DNA from: the human T2T-CHM13v2.0 reference genome, Homo sapiens
NCBI RefSeq assembly: GCF_009914755.1
Contig: NC_060927.1
DNA length: 64,000 nucleotides
Strand: one strand, 5' to 3'
A program made the position numbers and the translations under genes. The notes beneath the pieces were generated by a model. That model made no database searches. It saw nothing but the letters and a program-made list of their open reading frames with translations, and had not been told where the DNA came from. Every line of letters begins with the position of its first letter. Position 1 is the first letter of the stretch. This document shows, piece after piece, positions 14,343-27,942 of this stretch.

Positions 14343-15954
14343 AGGGGGTGCTCATTTCTATACAGTGCTATAGACTGCCCTTAATTTCCTTATGTAGGGT
14401 GTCAGCTCCTCATGGATGCAGGTGCTGAACAGAAACATCTCAATATGCTTCTGAATGAGCCTATAACATTGGCATGTCAGTACATATTTGGTGGCAGTCA
14501 ATAATAATAAAATCACAATTCCATGCCAAATGCAGTTCATATTATCTCTCTCAGTCTTGGACTAATTCCTCTATATACAATAACTGTGGGGAGTAGAGTG
14601 TTTATCCCGTAGGTGGCTACAAGTGAAAACACTGTACTCTGTTGAGTTTCTACAAGGCTACCTTACCGTTCATCAGCACATGTACAAATGTTCTGTCAAT
14701 ATTAATTCTCAGAATAGTCATAGTTAGAGCCTCCTGTCCCTTCTCCCAAGTTTCGGCTGAGAAACTGCTAGAGCATCAGAAGCAGTAAGTGGCCTACACA
14801 AAGACACGTTGCAAACTGCTATCAGGGTGGTGATTAGAATTTCAAGTTCCTGACTTAAGCTTAGACAGGTTGACTGCTTAGTGCCTCCAGAGAGAAACTG
14901 CAGCTGGCTGGCAACTTTGGCAGAATGTAGCAAGGTCTGGCTTAATCTCAGTTCCCCAAAGAATTTCCCATGGGAATCTAGGACCCTTAGTGGAGCAGAC
15001 CTTTGACTGAGGTAATTATAGTAGGCCTGGTCCAAAGCACCTCCCAGTAAAGAGCAGCCTTCCCAGGAGATGATTGAGTGGTTTGTTTCATTGTACTTTC
15101 CTTGCTGCCATTTCTTTGATAAAGTCACACACTGATCTGCAGCTAAACACATTGCTGTTTAGGGGAAATCACGAATTAATGAAATGTGCTTCAGCGTTTA
15201 TTGCTACATGGAAAATGTGTTGTTCCAGTGAGCAGAAACACTGCGGTGATTACAGTTAATAGAATCAGGGCTCCCTTATGTTTCCCTCAAACCGTCCTTG
15301 TTCGCATGGCTACAGAAGTACTCTACCAATTTAGAACTTCTGATGCTGGAGAGCTCAAACCTAGGATGACTCTGGTAAGAGCTAATTTCCATCATTATCT
15401 ATCATTATCTCCTCTGAAAATTTATTTGTTTAATGTCTGGTGCCTCCTAACACAAGTCTATTACTTAGCATCTATGTCAAAATAATTTAAAATAAAAGAA
15501 TGGCAAGCCACATCAAGGTTACTGTTCATCCATCCATGCCAGTCAGTAGCAAATAGATCAAAGGTGCTGATTTAAAGTTCCTGAAAAGGACAAGCAAATG
15601 CTATTAGGCGAAGAAAGAAAGCACTTTTCAATATAAATGAATACATTAACTTAGCTTTTGTTATGTAAGAGCTAATTCTTCCTTTTAAAGAACAAGGCAA
15701 ATTTATGTAGTGCCTCCTCTGAATGGTTATTATAGAATATGTAGGAATATAAAAAAATTTTAGAGATAGTCTTGCTCTCAAGATGATGGCAGTCTAACAG
15801 GAAGGACGGTTTTTGAAGTAGTCAACAATTTTATATTGAGGCAGCAACGTGTAAAGCTCCCTGGTAGATGCCAGTGATACCACAGGAAGGAGACTGTCCT
15901 TGCCCTCAAGGTGCTAACAGTCTAGACTTAGATATGTATACTTTAAATAGGAAA

Positions 15955-17030
15955 GGTGTCTTAGGACAGGAACCTGCAAACAGACTCAGATGGAAATTTG
16001 CATGGTTTATTGGACAGTGTAATGGTGAACAAATCCTATAGAGAAACTAAGGAAGCAGAATTAGGTAAAATGAAACAGTTGGTATAGCTGATCTCACAAG
16101 CTTGAACTGGAATAACCCTTCAGAATTGTCCCAAATTGAGGCAAGGGACCATGCCCTGGAGAGAGGTCTTAAACACTAACGAGGTAGCTCCCTTCATGGC
16201 AGCAAAGTCCAGAGAAGTTCATACCTGTGAGCTTTCAGTGACATACCTACTTGGCAGCTGGTGGTAGCTTGTGTAGAAGACCAGAACTGGGGAGCACACT
16301 GTGAGATGCGGTGTGATTGGAACCTTCTTGCTTAAATCCACATGCTTCTCACGGTATGTTCATTCCCTCTGTGAACAGCTTGCCTGATTGGTTGGTCTCC
16401 TTTCCTGATGAAATTTACAAGAGGAAGCTCACTAGGATAAGCTGTAGTTTCTCTTACGGCACTGGTCTTGACCTCTCATGTGGGCTCCTGTTCACCACAT
16501 CCTTCCGGGGCCATAGCAGCTGCACTTGTGTATTGTACCAAATTCAGCAGGGAAATACCAAGAATCTCCCCCAGTGAATGACCAAAAGCCAAAAGCAGTC
16601 TTCACTGTCCCTTTCTGTAACAGCAGTCTCATATCCTCCTCATGATGAGGCTCCCCTGCTAATTTGTTGAGTCCCTTCCTTGTCTCTGTATCTCTTGGCA
16701 TGAGAGCACAAAGTGACTAAATAGCAGCCAAAGCGGTAAGTTCAAACGGAATTTTCCCATGCCCTTTAGACCACAGAACCTAGAGTTACTGAAACAAGGA
16801 GCTCACATTCCCAAGTAAGTTACTGGGATGTATGATTCATCCTGGAGGATGATGTCCCATCCTCACAAATAATTCTGTCCTTGCTGATATCTCAACTGCG
16901 CCTTGAACAGTTATTACATCACTCACCAGGCTAGTGGCTTCTGAGTGTGTAGTATGTGTTAGAACAGGGAGATACAATAGCCAGGTACATACTGTCTCAC
17001 TTCTGCTATAAAGTGGGTGAATCCAGTTCA
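15955..17030 (-). mobile_element. LTR16-like LTR plus ERVL-class internal remnant (integrase/dUTPase)
   Basis: minus-strand degenerate peptides HSEATSLVE*CNNLFKAQLR (read across frameshifts) and LAGEPHHEEDMRLLLQKG resemble ERVL IN and dUTPase motifs. Confidence 0.55.
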
Positions 17031-17049
17031 GTACAATGTCAGTGGCTTT

Positions 17050-17960
17050 ATCTTAATACTAAAAATATGTCTTCCAGCATTGTTCCTTTTATTATTGAGT
17101 TGACTGTTTTTGACCATTTTCATTTTCATATAATTTTAGAATCACTGTGTCAATTTATATGCACATGCACACACAGGCTGATGCAATCTAAAGAAAATTA
17201 GATTGATCATAGGTAATAAAACCTATAGATCAACATGGGGGAAAAGGACATCTTAATAATACTGAATTGTCCAATCTATAAGCATCATACATTTCTTTTT
17301 TTATTTAGGTCTTTAATTTCTCTCAATAACATCTGCATAGAGGTTTTGTATATCTTTGTTTCCAGATATTTTAAGTATTTTATGTTATTGATAGGGTATC
17401 TTTTTTCATTTTATTGTGTATTTTAATGTATCTGCTATATAGAAACATAATTATTTTATATTGACCAAAGTTTCAATAAACTTGTTAACTTATCACATCT
17501 AATAATTTGAAGATTCTTTTGGATTTTTATAAAACAACTGTGTAATGCCTGAATATTGACAATTTTACGTATTTCTTTTCTACTCTTATATATGATTTTC
17601 TCCTTAATTTACCCCACTGGCTCAGATCACTAAGACAATAATGAATAAAAGTAGTAAGAATGAACATTTTTATCTTAGTCACAATCTCAAAGAAATAGTT
17701 TTTAAAATTTTGCCATTCAATGTGATGTTTACTGCAGAGTTTTGTAGCAATCTTTTGTCAGATTTAGAAAGTTCCCTTCTATTCCTAGTTCACTAAGATA
17801 TTTTATTATAAATGTGTATTAAATCTTATCAATTGATTTATCACATCTTTTGAGAAGATCATATGCTTTTTCTCTGTTATTTTGTGAATGTAATTCATTA
17901 GATTTGTTTATCTTTTTAAATAATATAAAATCTTGCATTCTTGAATAAACACACCTAGGT
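17050..17960 (-). mobile_element. old L1M ORF2 fragment
   Basis: antisense L1 phrases (tttagaaagttcccttctattcctagtt, ttgagaagatcatatg). Confidence 0.75.
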
Positions 17961-18124
17961 ATACCCAACGACATACAAGGAAAGATTTCTGAGCCTTGAC
18001 ATGAGTATAAGGATATTTTGCACATGGGGATGACACACATAATTGTGGCCAATAAAATAAACTATGACAGGTTGAATCCTGGTCCCACTTCTCCTCACTC
18101 AACTTCCTGCCCTATAGTAGTAAT

Positions 18125-18433
18125 TTTATTTTTTTAGATTTTCTATTTTTGACACAGGGTCTCATTCGGTTGCCCAGGCAACCGAATACAGTGGCATGAT
18201 CTCCACTCACTGCAACCTCCACCTCCCAGGTTCAAGCCATTCTCATGCCACAGCCACCTGAGTAGCTGGGACTATAGGCGTGTGCCATCACATCCAGCTA
18301 ATTTTTGTGTTTTTAGTAGAGATGGGTGTTTGCCATGTTGGCTAGACTGATCTCTAACTCCTGACCTCAGTGATCTACCCGCCTTGGCCTCTCAAAGTGC
18401 TGGGATTACAGACTGAGCCATCATGTTTGACCT
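18125..18433 (-). mobile_element. AluS/J
   Basis: antisense dimeric Alu. Confidence 0.9.
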
Positions 18434-18557
18434 GTAGTAGTAATTTTCACCATAGTTTCCATGGCCTCATTGATGATAGAAAGAACTTGCCAATACCTTT
18501 GGAATTTGCCAGGACTTTGACTTTGGTGAATGGGTTTTTAGTAGAGGTGATATGGGA

Positions 18558-18864
18558 TTTTTTTCATAAGAGATGGGGTCTTGCTATGTGGCCCAGGCTG
18601 CAGTGCAGTGGTTATTCACAGGGGCATCCACCACTGATCAGCAGAGGAGTTTTGACCTGCTCTGTTTCCAGCTTGGGCCATTCCACACTCTCTAGGCAAC
18701 CTGATGGCCCCCTGCTGAAAAGTCATCATATTGATGCCAAACTTAGTGCAGATACTTGATCAGCATAGTGCACTATACAGCCCAGAACTGCTGGACCCAA
18801 GCAATCCTCCTGCCTCAGCCTTTTGAGTAGCTGGGACTACAGGTGCCCACCACTGCTCCCAGAC
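18558..18864 (-). pseudogene. Full-length 7SL (SRP) RNA processed pseudogene (RN7SL-P; possibly RN7SL294P from memory)
   Basis: reverse complement contains the S domain absent from Alu (gcactaagtttggcatcaatatg, ggttgccta, gagcaggtcaaaactcc, ctgatcagt); short A tail; TSD tgatatgg at 18548-18555 and 18865-18872. Confidence 0.93.
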
Positions 18865-19899
18865 TGATATGGAAAAAACTTGAAATGTGTTTGTATGATT
18901 GATTTTGCTCACTTGTGCTTCTGTCATTCCCAAAGAATAACATAGTATTCTATTGTCCATTCAGCTTGGGTTGAAGTATGAAATAGGTAGAGCAGGGCCA
19001 CCTCTGTTGATGTACAGTCATGCAACCTAAAGCGGAACTACCTCAGCTGACCTCCAGACACACAAGCTTAGGCAGAACCACCCAGTCAACTTGTAGATGT
19101 TCAAGAAAGAAATAGAAGCCTGTTGTTGGATGCTTCTGAGATTTATGGTTGCTTGTTATGCACCATAATGGTATATATAGCTGACTAACACATTTGGGTG
19201 ACAACTTTTTTATTGAATACCATACATTGGATATGAAATATAAAGATTCTAGATGATTGGATTTTCTTCCACGGAGGATTTACTCTACCCTTTGATATGC
19301 AGTTAGCCTTGAGGCAAGTCATCTGAATCTAATAAGGGACTGGGCTAATCTTGGACTGAAATACATCTTTTGAAGTTTCTCTCTACCACTGATTTACTCC
19401 TACTTCTAATGTGAAGCCCTTCAGGTTTCCAGTGACAGTTTTGTGTGTTTGCTAGGATTTCTCCTCCTTGGCATGTCATTAACTACAATTTTTGTCTCCT
19501 TAGCAGTGTGGAACTTCTGGAAACACCTTTGTTTTTCAGCAAGTTATTACTTCTTCTTAGCCTGTCACTCTGTTTAGTTAACATTTAAGACATGCCCCCA
19601 AGGGAAAACTATTGTAATGCCAATCTCCTGATGTGTGCCTTCTTCTAGAATCTCACCCTCTCATGCTGACTGCCTTGGCAGACCATTACTTCGATGTTTG
19701 CCTCTCCAGAATATTGAGAATATTGAATGCCCTGCAGTCTTCACTGCTTCAGAGCACCTGGCATCTGCTCAGCTACTCAGCCTCTTATCCTCCTCCAAAA
19801 ATCAGCATATACTCCATGAGGGAAGAATTTTAGCTGGCTTTTCTAGCCTGTTAGAAGGTAATTCTTCATAGCTAGAAGCAGAAGTCATATAATTTTTAT

Positions 19900-20480
19900 T
19901 TTCTACATTTCTCTAAGATTCATCAATACCTATTCATTTTCACTGCTGTATAACATTCCTTTATGTGAATCTATTTAGTTTATTTATTATTCTTCTGTTC
20001 TTAGCGATCTCAACTTTTTTGTTAATATGAACAAAGGTATCCTAAATGTTTTTACACATATTTTGGTAAACATATAAAAGAATTTCTTCAGGGTATAAAC
20101 TTCAGAGTAGAATTACTGAGTTACAAGATAAGTGAATGTTTAACTTAAAAGTTACCACCAAATTGTTTTCTGAAGTGACAGTTAAAATGTATACTACTTA
20201 TCAGCAAACACTACTTTATTTTTTTCCTTAGAATGTATCTACAAATACTCTATTAGATATTAATGAACATTTGGAATTTTTTCCTAGATTTTTTGCTATT
20301 ATGGACAATGGTGTTTTTAGCAGTTTTTCATATATGTTTTAGTATATGTGAAAGTATTTATCTGGGATATATACCTCAGAATAGAATTGCTGGGTCATAG
20401 GATATATGAATATTCAAATTAGAAAGTAATGCAACACCATTTTCCAAGGTGGCCAAATTTTCATTCCCTACTAGCAGCGT
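19900..20480 (-). mobile_element. L1ME-type 3' fragments
   Basis: gagtagaattactgagttac and gaatagaattgctgggtcatagg, two copies of the antisense L1 3' motif. Confidence 0.55.
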
Positions 20481-21185
20481 TTGCTTGCTTAATATTTTTT
20501 TGTTTCAATTTATGTCAAGTCAATAATCTATTCTAAGACTTCTTACTTTTTAAATTTTCTATCCATTTGTTAAAATGAAAGGTGCTGGAGGGGAGAAATC
20601 TTTTTTGTTTACCCTATCCCCACATTTAGAAAATTACCTAGTACCTAGTAGCCACTCAATAAATACTTGTTGAATGAATCAATGAGTGAGTCAAAATATG
20701 GAGCTTGTAGGAAGATTAAAGTAAGGGAAGATTATTAATTTTATTTTGAACACGTGCATAAAACATTAGGGACAAATTCACATGAAGTTTTCCAACAGGA
20801 AGCCTGACAGTACGGTGAGTTAGAAGCTCAGTAAATAGGTCAATATTTCTTTCATTATGTATTCTTAACCAACTCATCTCCCCATCAAAATTAGTTATAA
20901 CTCCTCCATGTTTGCACCACATGGGCTAGTACATTTAATCATTTCATGGTTTTTATTTGTATCCTATCTCTTAGAATAATCAGAAATGTGTAGGCTTCTC
21001 TCCTATAAGCCCTCTGGTTGTGCAGATTTGGAGAGGTAATACAACATTATGATCAAGATTTGTGCCAACTCTTCAGCTAGTCTGTCTTGACTTAATTATT
21101 AATTCTATAATAACCAAGTTTCAGCAAGGAAGATAGGGTCACTACAAATACAGGAATAGGGATATAATATGGGAATCAGGACTTG

Positions 21186-21676
21186 TGTGATTTCTGAAAA
21201 TGGCCACATTCTTGTCATCACTGTAACATGGCCCTGGATACTCTCTCACCTCCTTGGATACACCCGCCGATAGTGAGACTGGGCTTAGTCATGTGACTTG
21301 TTTTGGCCATTGGTACAATATCAAATGTGATGCAAGCAGATATTTGAAGTCTTTTTGAACAACGGAACTTGCCCTTTCTTGCTGCTTTTTGCAACCCTGC
21401 AACTGCCTTGCAAAGAAACCTAAGCTAGACTGGTGGGAGAAAGAACTTAGACACCCTGTTAGAGAGTCTTCCACCTGTGAGACCAGCCACCATCATCCAG
21501 CTGCCTGCCAATCCACTACCTGACTGCAGATGCATGAGGACACCCAGCAGTGATCAGTCACTCTGGCCCAGACCAGATGAACTTGAGCACTGCCTTCAAA
21601 GAATTGTGAGCTAAATAAAATGGTGTTTGTTTATGCTTGAGAGTGATGTGTTTTAAAGCAAAAGCTAACTGGTCCA
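21186..21676 (+). mobile_element. MLT1F-like MaLR LTR
   Basis: catgtgacttgttttggcca...aaatgtgatgcaagcaga...gaattgtgagctaaataaaatgg...agctaactg. Confidence 0.75.
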
Positions 21677-22049
21677 AAGCTTACATGAATGGTCCAGAAA
21701 CCAGAAGCAGTAGTTGGAAATTATAGAAACACACACTAGCAACTCTAGTCTGAAATACTGGAGTGTCTGGACAACCAGCACTCAAGGGAAATTTGTAAAA
21801 ATCATTGCACCTGGCACCCAACTGGGTTTTGCTGGGTCTGTGAAGTCACCTTTTTAGAGGAAGCCACCAAACCAGACTGATGCAATCTCCCGAAAAAAGT
21901 GCATTTTATTTTCACCTAACATATCACATGTAACACTAGTTACCAAATTCTATCCTGAAATCATAGAAAGAAAAAGATTCTGTGAAACAGCCTCAGGCAA
22001 AAGTAGTAATGGTGCCGTGTTGACCCCACCCCCAAAAAACAAAATTCCA

Positions 22050-22225
22050 GCCCGCATATTTATTAGGGATGTGACCTTGAAGAAGTTACACTCTGAGTGT
22101 CAGTTTATAAAATGAATGCTATAGGACTTAATTTCACTGGATTATAAGAGTCGTATGAATAAATGAAGGTTTGGAAGACCGCCAAGCATCTGGCAAGCAC
22201 ACAATAAATGGTAACTATTATTATT
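22050..22225 (+). mobile_element. MIR
   Basis: tgtgaccttgaagaagttacactctgagtgtcagttt...caataaatggtaactattatta. Confidence 0.7.
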
Positions 22226-23119
22226 GGCCTTTTGTATTCTTCTCCTCCAAATCCAGCACAATTCCTTGTACATACAAGATATTCATTACATTTTTTTAAA
22301 AAAGTAAATATATTCTCACTATCTCACCCTTTCTTGACGTGCCCACAAAAAAAAATCTCATGAATAATTTATTCTAGAATTTTGTTCCATTCAAGTGATC
22401 AAAAAGTGTTTACTTTTTCCTCTGGTACTTGGCACTGAGTCAGCTGAGACCAAGATCAGTCTATCCAATTTTTAGAATACATCTGTCCCACTTTCAAATG
22501 GTGAGTTTACTGATATTTAGGCTTGGGGTAATTGTCTTACATCCCATGATCTCTCAAAGACTAACAGGCCAAACTATTTCAAAATTCTCCTATTTGCAAA
22601 TGTATTCATACTCTGAAATGTAGCCCAGGTAGGCCAGGGGGTTAAAATCCCCTAGAAGAGTGAGTTCTTTCTTCCACACTTCTCCTATTGATTCATTCTT
22701 CAATATGGTATGCAAGGCCTGTTTGATTGTCAGCACTGTATGTCTCCCGCTTCATCTGTTGCCACAAGCAATTCAGACTCTAGTTATAAATGTGCCATGT
22801 TCTCTTTCACATCTGGGTTTGTACACTTTCTGTTTTTGTGTTTCTGAGAAGTTCATAAGTTTTCTCTTCAATTGGCCAGCTCCCTTTCATCCTTCAAATC
22901 TTTAATTAGGCTAGCATGTCCTCTAGGAAGCTTTCTTTAGCCTTTCAACACTGAGTTCAGCATTCTGCCTCTCACTTTCGCCGTCTTCCACCCCCAAAGA
23001 TGGTGAAAGCTATAAAGCCAGAAGCCAAGGTGGTACGATTCACTGTTACATCCCCTCTTCATAGGTACTCAGGCATCACAGAAGAAATGCCTGTGTTTAA
23101 CCACTCACTACCATATATT

Positions 23120-23297
23120 AACTATTTGATCTTGCGCAAGTTACTTAACTTTTCTAAACCTCAGTTTCTTCCTCTGTATAATGGGAGAAGAATTGTTCTT
23201 ACATTGTGTAGCCATTGTGAAGATTAAACAAGATGATTCATATAAAGGATTTAGAACAGTGCCTGGCACATAAAAGCACCCAATAAGTGGTAGTATT
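23120..23297 (+). mobile_element. MIR
   Basis: caagttacttaacttttctaaacctcagtttcttcctctgtataatggg...agaacagtgcctggcacata. Confidence 0.85.
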
Positions 23298-23327
23298 CAA
23301 AGAAACACAACCCCTTTTATGTACTAA

Positions 23328-23964
23328 TGTTCCCCGGCCAAAGTGAGGGTCAGGCTACTCTTTCTCGTGGACCAATAATGAGATGCAGACGAACTGGGGA
23401 GGAAGAGAGTTCCTATTTCTGCAACTATATACAGGGGGAAGGCCTGGAAATTATCACCAGACCGACTGAAAATTACAAAGTTTTCTAGAGCTTATATACT
23501 TTCTAAGCTATACATTTAAGTGTGCATTTATCCAAAGATGTATAAATCTTTTAATCTGTAACTAAGGTCTGAGTCCTGAAGACTTTCCTCTGGAGCCTTA
23601 GTAAATTTACTTAGTCTAAATGGGTCCAGGTGCTGGGGTGATTACACTTATCTTGTCTCCTGCTAAATCACAGAGGTTTAGGGAGTTCCTTCAGACCCCT
23701 AATAAGCTTGTTTGTGGAGGCCTGGGGAGTTTCTTTAGACCCACAATAAAACTGGTTTAATCCTAAATGGTCCTATTAAGAATTATTTTGTTATTGTGTT
23801 ATGCTTTAAAGCCCAGGAAAGTCCTAGCCAAAATTCTTGATGGGCTTTTTTTACATCCCAACCTTTGTGTAAGGACACTGGTTTTTAATATTTAACTTAA
23901 CCTCTCAGTCAGTCCTGAAACAGTTGTTATGGAGGCTTGCATTAGTGAGACCTGACCTGCCACA
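23328..23964 (-). mobile_element. MER50-like ERV1 solo LTR
   Basis: reverse complement starts tgtggcaggtcaggtctcactaatgcaagcctccataacaactgtttcag; no TSD resolved. Confidence 0.7.
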
Positions 23965-24171
23965 GGAGGTGTTCAGAAAATCTTTAATATTATTGATGAT
24001 CATAAATACCCTGGGGACTTGACCAGTTTTTTTAATCTAGATTTTCTCAAGATTCTATAAGTTCTATTTCTTTAAGGCGTCATTCCTTATGACCAAAAAT
24101 AAAGTACATAGTAGGAGCTTGTTACTTCTGATTGCAAGACATACAAATGTTATTCAAAAAGTAAAAATTTT

Positions 24172-24301
24172 GGGGAGGCTGAGACAGGAGAATGGCTTGA
24201 ACCTGGGGGAGCGGAGGTTTCAGTGAGCTGAGATCGCACCATTGCACTCCAGCCTGGTGACAGAGCGAGACTCTATCTCAAAAAAAGAAAAAAAGAAAAA
24301 G
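24172..24301 (+). mobile_element. 5'-truncated Alu (right arm only)
   Basis: perfect 16-bp TSD aaaaagtaaaaatttt at 24156-24171 and 24302-24317. Confidence 0.92.
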
Positions 24302-25908
24302 AAAAAGTAAAAATTTTAGTGTATGCGTAGCAGCATATAAAAGGAAAGCCAAATCCAATCCAAGGGTCTGTTTTGTAAGCAACATATACCCTATCTACAT
24401 CTTCTGCTTTGCAAAATTATCCGCTTGCAAGATACTCTCTTCACACACAGTTCTCAGTAGCTAGATCACTTAATTATTTCCCCATCTTTAGGAAGCTCTT
24501 TTTTCCCACATGTTGTGCCGTACTTTCCTCTTCTTGTCAGTTTGACTACTGCTGCTAGTACCTGCTATGCCTCTGGTTCCATGTTACTGTCAAATCGCCA
24601 GCCACATTTCCTTCTGGGAAGCTTGGCCCCCAGAATTCTCCTCCTTTTGAAATGACTGCTACAATCATCCCTCATGCATCTTTTATGCACTTACCTCAAG
24701 GATCCCAGATATACCCATGCCAATAACTACGAGCGTACTAAATTGGACACATGCCTTTCTTTTTGCCTCAAGGAGACCTTGTTGGATATCATTTCTTAGT
24801 TCTCCAGAGGGCAGCAAATAGATGCCCCCAAAACTACCAGGAACTTATGGCTCCTCTCTCTTTTTTTGTTGTTGTCTTTTATTCCTGCCTGTGCAACTGC
24901 AGCTGGAGCTCCCTGAGAAGCTAAAATGCACCGAGCTCCATGGGTTAACATCTAGCCGCAGTGTAATTCCCCTGCTTTGTATTGAGGAGGGTGGAATGCG
25001 CTTGAACAGCTATTATGGTGAATTCTGTGTGGAGTCCATCAGAGACAGATAATGCTTCCTTAACAGCTTTCAGACAGCATAGATTTGTACCAGTCTTCAT
25101 GTGTATGTTGAATTCCCTTGCCAGAGTCTCAGAATAGTGAAAGGGGTCAAATTTGACATTTAAATTAATATTTTATACCTCTATTATGTAAAGGAATTCA
25201 TTTCTTGGGTTCATTAAGATTTAATATTTATATCATTTTAGAGTAACTTTTTTTCTAAATTAAGTGACGTAATACTAACTAAGATTTTCAAAAGACAATA
25301 AAATGGGTAAATTCTTAGTTCAGATAATGTTTTCTCTTCTGCTTTTGTAATTTTCATGAATTTACGTATTATGTGCTAATTGAGGGCAAGCTATTAATCA
25401 AAAGAGGTTGAGCCTCTTTAAAAAAGAAAGAAAAGGAATTCTCTCGCTATGGTGTCATGCAAATCTGGTGTAAAATATTCATTTAAGCAAAAACAATGTA
25501 ATGGCATAGTAAGGTCTCCACTCCACCTCCAAGACTAACATTAAAGAAAAGTGACTCAAAGGAATTAACAAATTGTTGAGCTTATCTTTAGCAGAGTGGC
25601 AATGATGGAAACTAAATTAGAGAGGAAAATATTGAGTAGTGAGGAATATAAACCACATATTTGAGACATGGAAGGACAAATAGAAGAAGGAGACATAGTA
25701 AAGGAGATGGTGAGGTGCTGAGATAAATGAAAAGCTTTGATGGGGATAGACAAATCTGTGTGTTTTTGCAAAAAAGAAGTAAGAGGACTGAAAAAGACAT
25801 TGCAGATTTTCCAGAAAATTCAGGTTAACAAGAATAGATTGGTTAGCCCTAGAAAGAAATGATATTTTGCTCACCTTGAGTCAGTTTGACTGGAGGAATA
25901 AGGGGGTC

Positions 25909-26266
25909 TGTATTAGTCTGTTCTCACACTGCTATAAAGAAATACCTGAGACTGGACAATTTATAAAGAAAAGAAGTTTTATTGGCTTATGGTTCCACAG
26001 GCTGTACAGGAAGTATGATTCTGGCATCTGCTCGGCTTCTGGGGAGGCCTCAGGAAATGTACAATCACGGCAAAAGGCGAAGGGGAAGCACATACATCAC
26101 ATGGCCAGAGTAGGAGCAAGAGAGAGAGGCAGAAGATGCTGCACTTTTAAACAACTAGATCTCACGAGAACTCACTCACTGTGGTGAGGACAGTATCACA
26201 GGCTGCACCTTCAACATTGGGGATTACAATTTGGCATGAGATTTGGGTGGGGATCCAAACCGTTCA
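25909..26266 (-). mobile_element. MSTA/MSTB MaLR solo LTR
   Basis: tgtattagtctgttctcacactgctataaagaaatacctgagactgg...; 5-bp TSD gggtc at 25904-25908 and 26267-26271. Confidence 0.9.
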
Positions 26267-27942
26267 GGGTCCCTGTCTCAGAGGTCATGAAATTCAGCTA
26301 AGTTCTGTGCTTTCCAGGCCACCTGTCTAGAGGCTTTGGACAGGCTGCTTAAAAAACTTGAGAACCCTGAGTACCATCTCTCCAAGACTAGTTCAAGAAC
26401 AAGCCCACTGACGACTTCAACATCATTTGTCATCTCTCAACTTGCACATTGCCAACAATATTCTGATCCTAGAAGTGACAAAAATATTGTGGCTAACACT
26501 TTTTTATGCCTTCTGCTCTAAAGATTCTCCTCTCATTGTCCTCCTGGGAAGATACTGTAATTGATATGTAAACAATGTGGAAGGAAATGTATTTCTAGAA
26601 TGACCTTGTTTTCTAGAAAGCCAACATTGCTACTTTGCCAAATTTCTCCTATATGAAAGGTAAAGACAAAATTGTCTCAAGGGATTGTGAGAAACAGCAA
26701 GTACTTCAAAAGAATGTTACAATTAAAAAAAAAAAAATGAAGGACGCCGCCTTGAGTCAGCTTTGGAAAATATGCTAAAAGCACTTTCTTCAAGTAGTAC
26801 AAAAATGGTTGGTTTGTGAGACTGTTTCAATGGGATTTCAGTTTTAATACTGACTAAATCTTTTAGTGCAGAATTGGAAGAGAAAATGTCCTCGCATTAA
26901 TCTACCACAGTAAGTGCCTTTTATTTAGGTAAAGGAGAGCTGAATGATTAGATGACAACATAAATACCAGCAGTGATAGCCAAAAAATATAGATACCTTC
27001 AACAACCCCAGGGGCAAGTGACCTACTGTTTAATATAGAGGACTCCAAAGAATGTTTATTTCTGTCATCTAATGTCACACAATTAAAATCTTACTGATGA
27101 AATACTCAACAGCGAATTTTATTAATAATTGAGTTTTTTTCAAAAAACCCTTAGGATTTAATTTTGATTCTCAGAACTTTATTTTATGATGATGATATTT
27201 GTTTTAATCTCATACTTGGTTCAATACTGATTTTATTATTTGCCCTTTTGGTATTTGGCAAACTGTGTATTTAGTGTGGTTTTAATGTTTTTCCATAGTT
27301 CTCGGGAGTTCAGGGAAAGGCCTCACTTTTTCAGCAGTATAAACAGCTTATTTCCCTAACCAATCCATTCATGTAGACAAGTGCAATTAAAAATTCCTTG
27401 TGATCCATTATTTTGGAGTGGGGAAGGGCTGCAGTACTAAGCCCCAGTTCTTCTCAGATTCTCCTTATCTATCTCCAAGATTTCAAAACAGGATACTATC
27501 ATTTTTCCACCTCATATCACTATGGATGGGAAACACTTAAATATTTACAGCCTCATTTGACCACTGATATTTAATGAACCAATTTTGTTTTTGTCTTCCC
27601 CAATTCCAGAATCCAAGTTCAAGGGGAAAAGTCAAGGACTAGAATCACAGGTCATAGCATCATTCAGTTAAGCAGGGTAAGCAGAGTTCCAGCTATTCTC
27701 TGGGGCTGTCTTTTTTCACATATTTTCTCTGTTCTTTGTTTAGCCTTTTCCTGTGGATTGCTCCCTCAGATGTGGGGGCTCACTCCTAATTGGCATATTC
27801 ACATTCAAGTGTAACAAGTTAGAAGTGGGGACCTAATTTTTCTTGGTTCCACTGCTTGATTTGGCTAAATGAGGCTATCTTCGGTAACATTAAAATAAAA
27901 TAAATATCTAGTAATGAATCTGACATTTTATCCTCATCCTCG

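Larger units (their letters stand above)
17990..19190 (+). mobile_element. MLT1-type MaLR LTR split by an Alu and the 7SL copy
   Basis: end motif cttctgagatttatggttgcttgttatgcacc...agctgactaaca; start boundary approximate. Confidence 0.5.

Noticed and set aside
14724-15152. 142-aa minus-strand ORF
   Set aside because: No recognisable domain or exon structure; length compatible with chance in 64 kb.
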